This document shows positions 18,279 through 28,058 of a stretch of DNA of 54,692 bases, one piece after another. The DNA lies in the NCBI GenBank assembly GCA_031292775.1, contig JARLGN010000439.1, positions 1-54,692 on the forward strand. Direction: 5' to 3'. The stretch comes from Acidobacteriota bacterium. GTDB taxonomy: Bacteria; Acidobacteriota; Terriglobia; UBA7540. Made by a program: the position numbers and the translations under genes. Numbering within the stretch: the stretch's first letter is position 1; every line of letters starts with the position of its first letter. The notes beneath the pieces were generated by a model, which searched no databases, had not been told where the DNA came from, and saw only the letters and a program-made list of their open reading frames with translations.

Positions 18279-19757
18279 ATGGTCGATACAGCACGGGGGA
18301 GGCCCGGACCCGCGGACCAAGGTCCGGGAGTCGAGATCGCCCGCGACAGCGGAAGGGATCAGTGTGCCCACGCCATGGGCGACGCCGAGCTGTGCGCGTA
18401 CATCGCGGGAGCCCTTTCGCCGGTGAAGAGGATCCTGCGGGACATCCTCCCCTACCTCGCCGAGGCGCGGAGGCGGTTCGCGCAACCGGGGCGGCGGGTC
18501 CCGGTTCCGGGAAGACCGACCTGGGGAGAATGGGTCAGGCAGAGCCTTGGGATCAGCGACCGCCACGCCCGGCGGCTGCTGGCGGAGGTACGCGAGCCGC
18601 AGGGCGGCAGCGGGGATCCAAGACAGGTCAAGCTTGATGGTCACCAGCAAGCTACGCTCGCTAAGGCGCATGTGGCTGCGAACAACCTTGCGACCGCGCT
18701 GAAGAGCGGGGGAGATTGGCACCCAGCGCTGGCAGACTTCGAAATGATCGCCGTCGCCCCGGCGAGGTTGGAAACATACTTGAGCGCCCTGGAGCGCGAG
18801 ACCGATTGGAAGACTGTCCTGGTCAAGCTGGTATTTGCGCTGGAGCAGTGCGGCGACAGGCTGCCGGTCCCGGCCAAGGACGCCGTGAATGCTGCCAAAG
18901 AGGTGTTGGGGGGCAAGGCCGACCAGCAGCAATTGCCTTCCGAAAAACCGAAGGCTACCTGGGCGACAAAATCGCAGGGGCGAACAGCAGACAATAAGGA
19001 GAACACCCCCCCATGCGCTTTCCCCACCATCTCTTATCCTGGTGGCAAAGCACGACTGGCTCCTGCTCTGGTCAGCTTCATGCCTCCGCAAGGACGGTCG
19101 TACGTGGAGCCATTCGCAGGGCGAGGAAATGTCTTCTGGGCTGCCGCCTCCAGCCAACTTGGTTTCCAGCGATGGGCACTGAACGATATCCGCACGGCCC
19201 CCTTCTTCGAGGCCGTGCGGGACATCGGCGACACGATGGAGGTGCCCGTGAAGTCCCGTGAGGAGTACAGCCGGCAGCGGGAAGCCTTCGAGCAGGGTGA
19301 CCCCAAGGCAATCCTGTTGGAGCCATATTTTACGTTCGATGGAGATGGGTATGGACGTGGTTTGCAGGGAAAGAATGGTCCAACATTGGCTGGATACACC
19401 CGCACGCTACGGGTCTGTCATAGGCTGATGCACGCCACGAAGGCGATCATCACAGGTTGCGACTGGACGGAGTTCGACTGGTCATCGCTGACCCTCGACG
19501 ACTTTGTTTTCATCGACCCACCGTACCTCGGCAGTGATGTGCGGTCATATAAGGAAAAGGACCTCAACCATGAAGAGTTGGTTCGTTTTTTACTGGCGGC
19601 CAAGTTTAAGTGGATGTTCACCGAATACGCGCATGAACTATATTTCCGGGAGCTTGGCCAGCCTTTTTTCATAAGGGACATGCAGCTGAACGCCGTCAAC
19701 TTTCACGTGCGCGGGGGCAAGGAACGCCGCTTGGAATGCGTGTGGAAGAACTACTGA
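18279..19757 (+). CDS. Fusion X2: DUF3102-like HTH module, shared middle module and a Dam-type (D12 class) N6-adenine DNA methyltransferase
   Basis: The C-terminal half has YPGGKARLAPALVSFMPPQGRSYVEPFAGRGNVF (motif I) and FVFIDPPYLG (motif IV). The start at 18279 (MVDTA.., GGAGG upstream) is chosen because it aligns with MSDTA.. of the 23591 gene. Confidence 0.8.
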   Translation: MVDTARGRPGPADQGPGVEIARDSGRDQCAHAMGDAELCAYIAGALSPVKRILRDILPYLAEARRRFAQPGRRVPVPGRPTWGEWVRQSLGISDRHARRLLAEVREPQGGSGDPRQVKLDGHQQATLAKAHVAANNLATALKSGGDWHPALADFEMIAVAPARLETYLSALERETDWKTVLVKLVFALEQCGDRLPVPAKDAVNAAKEVLGGKADQQQLPSEKPKATWATKSQGRTADNKENTPPCAFPTISYPGGKARLAPALVSFMPPQGRSYVEPFAGRGNVFWAAASSQLGFQRWALNDIRTAPFFEAVRDIGDTMEVPVKSREEYSRQREAFEQGDPKAILLEPYFTFDGDGYGRGLQGKNGPTLAGYTRTLRVCHRLMHATKAIITGCDWTEFDWSSLTLDDFVFIDPPYLGSDVRSYKEKDLNHEELVRFLLAAKFKWMFTEYAHELYFRELGQPFFIRDMQLNAVNFHVRGGKERRLECVWKNY

Positions 19758-19873
19758 AACTTCGGATGAATAGGGAAGTAAGAGCGGTCTTCCGGGCGTG
19801 CTTTTGGTAATGGTGCTGCATTACGGGAGCTGATCGCCGGACCAGCACGAACAAAGGATGTTCAGGATTGGGA

Positions 19874-20626
19874 CTATTGAGGCCCGGTGAGAGTCGGTTC
19901 CTTCACACCCTTAGGTTTCTTGCGCCTCTTGCGGTGCTCGCGGATGATTCGCGGCCAAATGAATAACGCGTTAGTGATTTCAGGGCTCTTTGCCATCCTC
20001 CTCAAACGGCTGAGGTACTGCATCACAGGGTCCGGGAACTTCACCAGCGCCGTTTCCCAAAGGCTGCCAGCATGAATTGGGATTTTGGCATCCGCAAACT
20101 TCTGCTCCAACGAGCGCGGCAGCCATGCCCATAGTGGGTCGTCTTTGCTAGTCTTCAGGGCAGAAAGCCTGGAATTCTTCCTGTCAAGATACTCGACTAA
20201 CTCCTCGTTCTTGGCCTCCGGGTGCCTGCGAAGGTACTCGATTGCGTAGAAGCGCGCCCGGTCCTCGCCGAGCTCCACGCCAAGGTGGAAGAGATCGTGT
20301 CCCGCAAGGATGCCGCGATAGGAGGCCACCTTGGCGAAGTTCAACAGATACCGCTTGAAGCACGCCAACAATTCCACGTTCTCCTCTGTCACGGGCTGCG
20401 TGAAATGCACGAACAGCCGCTTCCTGTCTTCGCCCATCTCGGCAAGGACCCGCCGCTCGGTCTCAGGCCGAAATAGGCGCGCCCGTCCGAATTGAAACTC
20501 CTCCCGCACCTTTTTCGTGATTTCTTTCTTTCGTTGCTCATCCATGTTCGCGTCGGACCCCTGCCTGAATATGGACCGCAATTCAATCTCGATTCTCTCC
20601 ATCAGTTTCTGCCTAGGCCCCTTCAC
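19874..20626 (-). CDS. Hypothetical protein, convergent with the Dam-like gene
   Basis: 250-aa ORF with normal composition (alternative ATG at 20602). No confident motif; only weak strings GHDLFH and DDPLWAWLPRSLEQK. Basic C-terminal tail. Confidence 0.55.
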   Translation of the reverse strand: MKGPRQKLMERIEIELRSIFRQGSDANMDEQRKKEITKKVREEFQFGRARLFRPETERRVLAEMGEDRKRLFVHFTQPVTEENVELLACFKRYLLNFAKVASYRGILAGHDLFHLGVELGEDRARFYAIEYLRRHPEAKNEELVEYLDRKNSRLSALKTSKDDPLWAWLPRSLEQKFADAKIPIHAGSLWETALVKFPDPVMQYLSRLRRMAKSPEITNALFIWPRIIREHRKRRKKPKGVKEPTLTGPQ

Positions 20627-20828
20627 ACGTCTAAGTTGACTCCCATATGCAACGCCAACCCAGCGAAGAACTTAGCACAACGGCCCGCGCATTGCATCCT
20701 GACATCGGCCGTGCGAGTAACCATGATCGGGCTGGCAAAATGTATTCTGGAGGGGCGAAGGAAGGACTTGGCTGGGCGCTGGGCTTGCACCGAGTCTTTT
20801 GCACGTACCCTCAACTCGCGCGTCCTGA

Positions 20829-21149
20829 ATGAGTTGCCGCCCTGCACTTGCAGGAAATCACTCTGAATTCGCAACACCATCCAAAAAGCGCATAATCCGC
20901 AGCACGAACGAACAATATCTGACAGTCGCAGAAGTTGCACAGATGCTGGACGTCAGCCGGGACACGATACGGCGGATGTTCGCGGAGGAGCCGGGGGTCG
21001 TCAACGTCGGGGCGCAGAGGAGGCACGCCAGCCGACCCTACCGGATTCTGCGGATTCCCCGAAGCGTGCTCGAACGGGTTCTGGCTGCCCGTGCAGTCAA
21101 GGGCATCACGAGCGCTCAAAACGACGGAGAACTGAAGCAGAGCGAGTAA
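20829..21149 (+). CDS. Helix-turn-helix DNA-binding protein (excisionase/AlpA-like)
   Basis: YLTVAEVAQMLDVSRDTIRRMFAEEPGVV...YRILRIPRSVLERVL is a typical MerR/excisionase-type HTH. The gene is divergent from the 250-aa gene. Confidence 0.65.
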   Translation: MSCRPALAGNHSEFATPSKKRIIRSTNEQYLTVAEVAQMLDVSRDTIRRMFAEEPGVVNVGAQRRHASRPYRILRIPRSVLERVLAARAVKGITSAQNDGELKQSE

Positions 21150-21183
21150 GGTCAGGGGCTGGAAAGACTAAAGGAGATTCGGC

Positions 21184-21453
21184 ATGACGGGCAAAAGAGT
21201 TTCGGCAGAACAGGTGAAGACGATGGCGGTGTTCACGACCGAACCCCAAGGATGGTTTGATAGCAACTCCATCCAGCGCAAGACGGAGATACCTGACAAC
21301 AGTCTCCGGCATTTCCTGTTCGCATTCTTAAGGCTCGGATTGCTGGAACGTTTAGAAGTGCATGGCGGATACCGTTACCGGCTTTCGCCCATGGCAGAGA
21401 CGCAGCCGTATTTTCAGCGCCTGCAAGCGGCGGGAGCACCGATGAAGCCGTAA
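21184..21453 (+). CDS. Small winged-helix-like protein
   Basis: AAAGGAG lies upstream of the ATG. LRHFLFAFLRLGLLERLEVHGGYRYRLSP resembles the recognition helix plus wing of wHTH regulators. Confidence 0.5.
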   Translation: MTGKRVSAEQVKTMAVFTTEPQGWFDSNSIQRKTEIPDNSLRHFLFAFLRLGLLERLEVHGGYRYRLSPMAETQPYFQRLQAAGAPMKP

Positions 21454-21571
21454 GCCCACAAGTTCTGTAGACAAGCAAGGAATGTAAGTCAGGTAGCGTG
21501 GTTTCACAAAAAGTGAACTCACACGACCAGGGAGAACTGTTGCCCAAGTGCGAGACTTGAAAGGAGAAGCG

Positions 21572-22270
21572 ATGGAACCAGAAGTAATACCCACAGTCGA
21601 TGAAGTTGGGCTTGATGCAGTGCAGACCATGAAAGCAACCTCTGGAGCAATCCCGGAAGTTGAATACGCTCAAGCGCCCGCGGCAACGGTAGGCATTAGT
21701 TTTGCGCTTACCAATCTTAGAAATGCCGACACGGACGCATTCTTCGAGAAACCGGCGAAGCTGCCTTATTTGGCGACCACAAGCCTGAAGCAATCTGGCG
21801 AGCCCGTTCTGCCTGCTCCGCCTTCATCCGGCACGGCCGGATTGCTGAGCAGCCCTGTTCTGAAGAAAGGCGATTGGCACGGGTTGGCGAAAGCGTTCCT
21901 CAATGGGCTGGGCGAATCGGCAGACGCAGTGTTTCTTGGCTTGGCTGTGCATGATTTTGCCTACGCTCTTATTCAATTCGCTTTCGAGATCGGGAAGGTG
22001 TATGCGGCCATCGACGGAATAATCGCTCATCCTCCCTGCGTCGGGCAGGACAACGGACCCGATAACACAGAAGCTGTGGATCCTGCCCCTTGTCTTTGGG
22101 CTGAGGTGGCAAATGCAGAAATAAGGAAAGAACTGGAGACAATCTTCACGGGGTCCACCCAACCATTTTCGGAGCGCCGCCCTTGCGGTCCATTTTCAAT
22201 GTCGAGCATTGAAGTCCCCCCGAAAAGCGGGTTGCCCATCGACATGGACGATTGGGTGGAATTCGAATGA
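21572..22270 (+). CDS. Hypothetical protein
   Basis: AAAGGAG lies 5 nt upstream of ATG 21572; the ORF-track GTG at 21548 is less likely. Ordinary composition, acidic C-terminus, no recognised motif. Confidence 0.5.
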   Translation: MEPEVIPTVDEVGLDAVQTMKATSGAIPEVEYAQAPAATVGISFALTNLRNADTDAFFEKPAKLPYLATTSLKQSGEPVLPAPPSSGTAGLLSSPVLKKGDWHGLAKAFLNGLGESADAVFLGLAVHDFAYALIQFAFEIGKVYAAIDGIIAHPPCVGQDNGPDNTEAVDPAPCLWAEVANAEIRKELETIFTGSTQPFSERRPCGPFSMSSIEVPPKSGLPIDMDDWVEFE

Positions 22271-22481
22271 AGGGATGATCGTCTCACGTAGCAGGTTTTT
22301 GCTGGCCGTCCGGTCAAGGGCAATTCCAGCGACCGGAAGGGCGGCGAATTGAAGCAGGGCCAAGAACGGGCTGACGGGACCCGCTGCATCTGGGTCACAG
22401 ATCCGGCAGAAGAGACCGCCGGAAGTCAGGCTCAATAACTGAAACCGGGGCAGTACCAAAACCAAATAGGAGGTTCCTTGT

Positions 22482-23351
22482 ATGGAAAGTCCAGAGCTAA
22501 TGCAACCGCAAGTGACGCCGCCCTCTGTTTTGAAGCTGGCGGTGATGAGTACTGACCGTCAATTCGACACAAACGGAATCCAGACCTTGCAACCGGCCAG
22601 TCCAGCCGAAACCTCCGGACTGAGTCCGCAGGTTTTCCCGCAGCCCGCAACGGGCAGGCCCAGTCCGAAGGGCTGCACAACCGACCAGTTGTTCGAAATC
22701 GTAATTGAAGTCGCCCGGCGGTTCCGCACCGCCAAGGCGGATGTGGCGGAACACAAGGGTTATATCCTGCGCCTCAAGAATGATGTGTTCAAAGTCAGCT
22801 TTGGTTCGGTAGGCGTACATGTGCCCGTGACGTACAAAACCGAGGATGGCGTCCCGGCGACGAAGAAGATGCGCTGGAACGAGTTCTGCGAAACCCAATT
22901 CTGCGTGAGCGCGGATTGGATAAACCGCATCTGCGGTGGCAAAGCGGAAGGCAGGGTCGCGAGCCAAGCCGCCAAGCCTGAGAGCGAGAAGGTCCTCTAT
23001 AAGCACGGCTACCAGGCAGCGAAGGCGGAGTTGCAGGCACCGCTTAAGGCCGCCGCCGAAATGCAGGCAACGCTCGAGGGGCGCCTCGCCGAACTGGAGA
23101 CGGAAAACAAGAAGTTACACGGCACCACAGGCGGGCGCCAGCAGCATGGTCAGGTGAGTGGGGGCAAGGTAGTCGCGAAACTCGAGGCGCAGGTAGAGGG
23201 CCTCAAGGAATTCGCGGACCTTGCGACCGAAGCCTTTGAAATTATCAACGGGGACTTTGGGAGCCGTCTGATGGGTAACGTTGACGGGAACCGCCTGGTT
23301 GCCATTGCCAAGAAAGCGCTCGCGATGAAGGGAAAGCTCAAGGTCTGCTGA
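22482..23351 (+). CDS. DUF3102-like HTH paralog with a C-terminal coiled-coil
   Basis: TAGGAGG lies upstream of the ATG. ARRFRTAKAD...KKMRWNEFCETQFCVSADWINRIC aligns with ARRRFAQPG...PTWGEWVRQSLGISDRHARRLL of the 18279 gene. The C-terminal AELQAPLKAAAEMQATLEGRLAELETENKKL is coiled-coil-like. Confidence 0.6.
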   Translation: MESPELMQPQVTPPSVLKLAVMSTDRQFDTNGIQTLQPASPAETSGLSPQVFPQPATGRPSPKGCTTDQLFEIVIEVARRFRTAKADVAEHKGYILRLKNDVFKVSFGSVGVHVPVTYKTEDGVPATKKMRWNEFCETQFCVSADWINRICGGKAEGRVASQAAKPESEKVLYKHGYQAAKAELQAPLKAAAEMQATLEGRLAELETENKKLHGTTGGRQQHGQVSGGKVVAKLEAQVEGLKEFADLATEAFEIINGDFGSRLMGNVDGNRLVAIAKKALAMKGKLKVC

Positions 23352-23590
23352 AGCATGACGGTTCAGGGCAAGAAGAATTGCGGCCTGAGATCCATCTTGC
23401 CCTGAATGCGGAGTATTCGGTGCCAGCTGAGTCATGCAAGGCAAGACACGGATGTGGGGCAGCCAGCGAAGTGGCCGAAGGCGATGCTGGTTGGGATGCG
23501 GAGCTGGACGAAGGGTGTGCTGAAGAAACGAGTATTAGGTGAATTAGAGTCCCTGATATTGACCCAGGGTTTTAAGCGACTGAAGGATGC

Positions 23591-25720
23591 ATGAGCGACA
23601 CAGCCCATGACAAATCGGAACCTCCGGACAAATGTCCGCGGGTTGAGGCCGTCGGAGAGAGCGAGAAGGCGCAGCACGCTCAATCCATGGGCGATGGTGA
23701 ACTGTGTGAGTTCATCACGAATGCCTGGTCTCCGGCGAAGAAAATCCTGCGGGACAACCTCGCCTATATTGCCGAAGCTCGAAAACGGTTTGCGCAGCCC
23801 GGACGGCGAGTCCCGGTAGCGGGAAAACCGACCTGGGGAAATTGGATTGAGCAGAACCTCGGAATCAGTGACCGCCACGTCCGGCGTCTCCTGGCCGGGA
23901 AGACCGCACCGCAGAAGCGCCAGGAGAAGAAAACTGAATCGCGAGTTGAGGTCGAGTCAGCAGGAATCACCCTTGGCAGCAAGGGCCAGGAGATGGCGCG
24001 AAGGCTTCCAGAGGGGGATCTTGAAGCGGGCAAGAAAATCGGGGCGGCAAAGCCTGATGCTCACATCGACTGCCCAGACAGCCCGTTGGCCGCGCCTGAA
24101 CACGTGAAGACCCTGGGCAATGGGGATATTGAAACCCTGGCCAACTTCTGGCGACAGGTATTCGACCCCCTGAATCACGCACAGCGACGTGACCTGCTCG
24201 TCCGGTTCTTCGGACAGATTCCGGTGGAACACATCGCCGATATTAGGGCCGCAATTGAGTGTAGCCCGGTTCATGCGGACAGTGCTGGCGCTGCGGGTGA
24301 GGCGGAAGAGATGTCGGGGCTGACGGCAGTAGGAACTCAAGAGCAATGCAGTCAGGCCTCGAACGACTCTGGGTCGGCGACGGCCGGCCAAGATTTAGCA
24401 GCCCTGGGTCAAAGCAGTGAAAACAGAATAGGAAGTGAGTTCCTGATTGTCCGGGCGAACGCGCGGAACATCCCGCTGGCGGACAACTCCGTGCAGTGCG
24501 TCGTGACCAGCCCACCTTATTTCGGGCTGCGGAAGTACGCGGGGGAGCAGGAGTTGGTGTGGCCAGTATCCCAAAATCGTGGGGTAGTGCGCTGCAATCG
24601 TGGTGACCACTCGTGGGGCGAGACCATTGTTGTAAAGACTTCCGACACTTACAACGTCGGGTTCAATGAGCGATGCGGTAACGCCAGCGGGAAGCGTAAG
24701 CAAGAGGCCTCGAGTTATGGACAGGTTTTGAAGGGGTGCTTCTGCCAACGCTGCGGCGCTTGGCGTGGAGCCTTCGGTCTTGAGCCGACCATCGCGATGT
24801 ACGTCCAGCACAGCGTTGAGATACTACGGGAGATTCGGCGGGTGCTGAGGCCGGATGGGGTGTGCTTCTGGAATATTGGGGATAGTTACGCGAATACATC
24901 ATCGAGGGCCGGTGGGCAAGATAAACAATCGGACCAACAGACGGTTGAAATGCGTGGGATAACAAAGCCGATTCCTGACGGCCTCAAGCCCAAAGACCTC
25001 TGCCTGATACCGCAAAGAATAGCCCTGGCTGCGCAACAGGATGGTTGGTGCGTAAGGGACGTCATCATCTGGCAAAAGCCGAACCCCATGCCGGAAAGCG
25101 TCGGGGACCGCTGCACGCGGTCATACGAACCCATCCTGATGCTCACGAAGTCGGAACAGTATTACTGGAACAAGGAAGCCATTAAGGAGCCGAGCAAATA
25201 TCCCAACGACACCCGCAAGTCCAGGAGCCGCTCTGGTCAAAAAAGGCTGCCAACCGAGGAGGTTGCTGGAATCCGACCGGGAAGCAAAACCTACCCGTTC
25301 CGCAACCCCCGCAATGTTTGGACATTCCCGACGCAGCCCTATAGTGGAGCGCATTTTGCCACATTCCCGGAGCAACTTCCCCGCCGCTGCATCCTGGCAG
25401 GGAGCAGACCGGGGGATGTAGTTCTCGACCCGTTCGGAGGCTCTGGCACCACAGCCAAGGTCGCAGCTGCACTGGCACGCCGCGCAGTGTCAATCGACCT
25501 CGCTTACCACGACATCGCCCGCGAGAGAGTCGCCGCGGGATGCCGTCAGACGAACGCCCGGGAAGAAACCTCCGCTGAGCCCCTCAGTGTCACCGTAAAT
25601 CAACGGGAAGCAGCTGGGGGTACGCTGCAGGGGGCAGATGTTCCTATGCCAAGCATCCCCGAAAGCGTGCCGGCATTCGGCGAGGAAAGCCAAGGGATGG
25701 GGATTCCGTTGCCGTGCTAG
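23591..25720 (+). CDS. Fusion X3: DUF3102-like HTH module plus beta-class DNA methyltransferase 4 with a Cys-rich insertion
   Basis: The N-terminal 105 aa are about two-thirds identical to the 18279 gene. Catalytic strings: VVTSPPYFGLRKYAG, CFCQRCGAWRGAFGLEPT, IIWQKPNPMPES, HFATFPEQL and AGSRPGDVVLDPFGGSGTT, the last nearly identical to MTase 2. Confidence 0.85.
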   Translation: MSDTAHDKSEPPDKCPRVEAVGESEKAQHAQSMGDGELCEFITNAWSPAKKILRDNLAYIAEARKRFAQPGRRVPVAGKPTWGNWIEQNLGISDRHVRRLLAGKTAPQKRQEKKTESRVEVESAGITLGSKGQEMARRLPEGDLEAGKKIGAAKPDAHIDCPDSPLAAPEHVKTLGNGDIETLANFWRQVFDPLNHAQRRDLLVRFFGQIPVEHIADIRAAIECSPVHADSAGAAGEAEEMSGLTAVGTQEQCSQASNDSGSATAGQDLAALGQSSENRIGSEFLIVRANARNIPLADNSVQCVVTSPPYFGLRKYAGEQELVWPVSQNRGVVRCNRGDHSWGETIVVKTSDTYNVGFNERCGNASGKRKQEASSYGQVLKGCFCQRCGAWRGAFGLEPTIAMYVQHSVEILREIRRVLRPDGVCFWNIGDSYANTSSRAGGQDKQSDQQTVEMRGITKPIPDGLKPKDLCLIPQRIALAAQQDGWCVRDVIIWQKPNPMPESVGDRCTRSYEPILMLTKSEQYYWNKEAIKEPSKYPNDTRKSRSRSGQKRLPTEEVAGIRPGSKTYPFRNPRNVWTFPTQPYSGAHFATFPEQLPRRCILAGSRPGDVVLDPFGGSGTTAKVAAALARRAVSIDLAYHDIARERVAAGCRQTNAREETSAEPLSVTVNQREAAGGTLQGADVPMPSIPESVPAFGEESQGMGIPLPC

Positions 25721-26060
25721 GGCTGCAGCGAGATCGTGCACGCGGACTGGCCTCAGATAGCGATCCACAGCATGGGTCGGCGCACAGACGAAGTGACCGG
25801 CAGAGTGGCTGACCAGTAGCGCAACGGGTCAACGCAAGAAAGGTTGCGACACGACGCCAATCTTGCCCAGACGGGCAGTATTAACGAGCTAGCGGGACTC
25901 GTAAGGATGGCGACCGACGCCGCAAGCCTCCCACGGGCGGTGAAGGAGATCGCAGCATGGGAACCAACTTTCCCCTTCCGAGGTGGACGAAGCTCTTGAA
26001 CGCATGAAGTAGCCCGACCGGCGAGACGACCCGCTGGCGGACGATGTAAAGGAGACTGTT

Positions 26061-26816
26061 ATGAGAAAAAAGAAAGGTCAGAAACCCAACGGAGGCTGCC
26101 TCGGGACATGGAGATTCAAGAACTATGAATTGGCTCCCGAGCCTGCCCTTTCTGATGAAGCCATGGAAGCCGCATTGGTGAAAGGCTTCATTGATAACAG
26201 CAATGCAATCATCCTTAAAATGACACCGGACATGGTTCTGCCTCCTATCACCTTTACCTTTGTCGATGACCACAACTTCTTTATTTTGGAGAGCTTCCCG
26301 GTCAACCAGCAAGACAAAGATGCCACCTGGAAGCTCGTTAAGTACAAAGCGGCTGTGGAGAACCCTCGTTTCATCTTCCTCATCGCTGACTGCCGCCGCA
26401 ATGCTACCGGCGAGGACGGGTTCATGCTGCAAATACGCAAGCGTGGGCAGGATGAAGTCAGGCTTATCTGGATGCCTTTTACATGGCGTGACGGCAAGGC
26501 CGTGGCGGGAGAAATGGAGTACGCCTTCCTGCCGGATGATGATGCCGACAACATCATTCCCGCTTGGTGGGATGTGATAGAGCAGAAGAAAGAGTTGAAG
26601 TCGATGATGGAACTCATGGGCGATGCTTCGCCGGAGCACGCAAAGTGCATGTTCCGCCTGCTCTTCAAGCGTGGCATAAAGACCACCCAACAGTGCAGGG
26701 ATGCTTATGATAGCGGCGTGTTGAGCGACGAGGAATGGCAGGGATTGGTAGGAGAATCTCTCTGCATGTCCGACCCGGGTAACCCAATGTGGCAACCGAG
26801 TAATGGCCAGACTTAA
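26061..26816 (+). CDS. Hypothetical protein
   Basis: AAGGAG lies 6 nt upstream of the ATG. 251 aa of balanced composition. Preferred over the antisense 304-aa ORF. No recognised motif. Confidence 0.6.
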   Translation: MRKKKGQKPNGGCLGTWRFKNYELAPEPALSDEAMEAALVKGFIDNSNAIILKMTPDMVLPPITFTFVDDHNFFILESFPVNQQDKDATWKLVKYKAAVENPRFIFLIADCRRNATGEDGFMLQIRKRGQDEVRLIWMPFTWRDGKAVAGEMEYAFLPDDDADNIIPAWWDVIEQKKELKSMMELMGDASPEHAKCMFRLLFKRGIKTTQQCRDAYDSGVLSDEEWQGLVGESLCMSDPGNPMWQPSNGQT

Positions 26817-26972
26817 ACCTAGCTCGACGGCAGCGTGGGTGGGGGCTCAAGGAGCAAGCCCAAGCCCGAAACGCCCTGCAAGGGGCGTAGCTGGTTGAAG
26901 ACCAGCCTGACGAGGGCAACCTGACGTATACCGACGCAGGCAACAAGTCGGCAGCAAGTAAAGGAGAAGGCC

Positions 26973-28058
26973 ATGACCAAACGCCAAGCAGGGAAGCTTA
27001 TGCCCCACGAACTGCCACACGAGTCGCCCTATAGACGCCTGCCCCACGGCCCTGATATCCCATCGCTGCCCGCCACGACGCCCGCGATGCGGCAACAGTC
27101 CGTGGAGCGGCACGGCGAAAACCAGCCGTATTTCGACGTCTCACGCCAACAGTGGTTTGTGAATCGCCCTGGCGAGCGCCAGGTGTTTTTTAACGACGGC
27201 GACATTTGCGTGTGGGCTGTCCAGCGGCACGGGGACTTGCGGGTCGACTTCAGGGCGGTGGTGCGGCTTGATACCACTGACACCGAAAATCCTGACACGC
27301 CGCTGTCACGGGAGGAATTCCTCGCCAAGTATCCCCTCCATCAGAGCCTCATTGACTTTCCTGATGCCAACCCTAGGACGAGGGCGATGTGTCGGTGTTT
27401 TGCAAACAATTATCACGCCCACGAAAAAGAGTACTTGACACTCTCAGCCGTGGAAAAAATCAGAATCCTTAACCCACCCGAAGAGGGAGAAATGGCATCT
27501 GTCAAGGTTGAAGAGCTCTCCGACAGACAGCGGATTGGCATCGGCATTTCCAACGAGGAAAAGGAGGTCGTCGTGCCTGAGAAGTTACCAAAATTGAGCT
27601 TCACGAGCGCAATCCAAGGAGCAAGTGCAGTCCGGGGAAAACTCATCGAGGATACTGGCGAAAACAAGGAGAGTATCGTGGCGAACTTTGCCTACGACGA
27701 TAACGACGCTTTCTCCGTGCGCCTGCGCATTGACGATAGCTTGAGCCTTGAAAGCATTCAGCCAGGCTATGAGATTCTCGCTCAAAAGGTCAAGGAAAGG
27801 TCGGACCTACTTTTCTTTATGCAGAAGCTTCGCCGTTCAATTTGGTTTCTTCGGAGTGGCGATTCAAGAATTGACCCCTCTGCCTTTGACGATGGGCATG
27901 AAGAAGAACGAGAGAAAAAATGGCGCAAGGAGTTTGAGGAATCCCGGAAAAAGAAGTTTCCCGAGATGTCACCCGAACCTGCCGGTACACCGACACTTCA
28001 TGGTCGTAAGATTGAGAATGGTCCCGAGGATAAAGACTCTGTTGTGGCGGTTCTCTGA
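26973..28058 (+). CDS. Hypothetical protein with an acidic/charged C-terminal third
   Basis: AAGGAG lies 6 nt upstream of the ATG. 361 aa with no recognised motif. Confidence 0.6.
   Translation: MTKRQAGKLMPHELPHESPYRRLPHGPDIPSLPATTPAMRQQSVERHGENQPYFDVSRQQWFVNRPGERQVFFNDGDICVWAVQRHGDLRVDFRAVVRLDTTDTENPDTPLSREEFLAKYPLHQSLIDFPDANPRTRAMCRCFANNYHAHEKEYLTLSAVEKIRILNPPEEGEMASVKVEELSDRQRIGIGISNEEKEVVVPEKLPKLSFTSAIQGASAVRGKLIEDTGENKESIVANFAYDDNDAFSVRLRIDDSLSLESIQPGYEILAQKVKERSDLLFFMQKLRRSIWFLRSGDSRIDPSAFDDGHEEEREKKWRKEFEESRKKKFPEMSPEPAGTPTLHGRKIENGPEDKDSVVAVL

Noticed and set aside
17967-19157. 396-aa ORF on the minus strand
   Set aside because: It is fully antisense to the well-supported Dam-fusion gene. 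It is Arg/Pro/Gly-rich with no motifs, and is a typical shadow ORF of GC-rich DNA.
25881-26795. 304-aa ORF on the minus strand
   Set aside because: It is antisense to the 26061-26816 gene, which has a perfect AAGGAG site and better composition. The minus ORF lacks an SD site and any motif.
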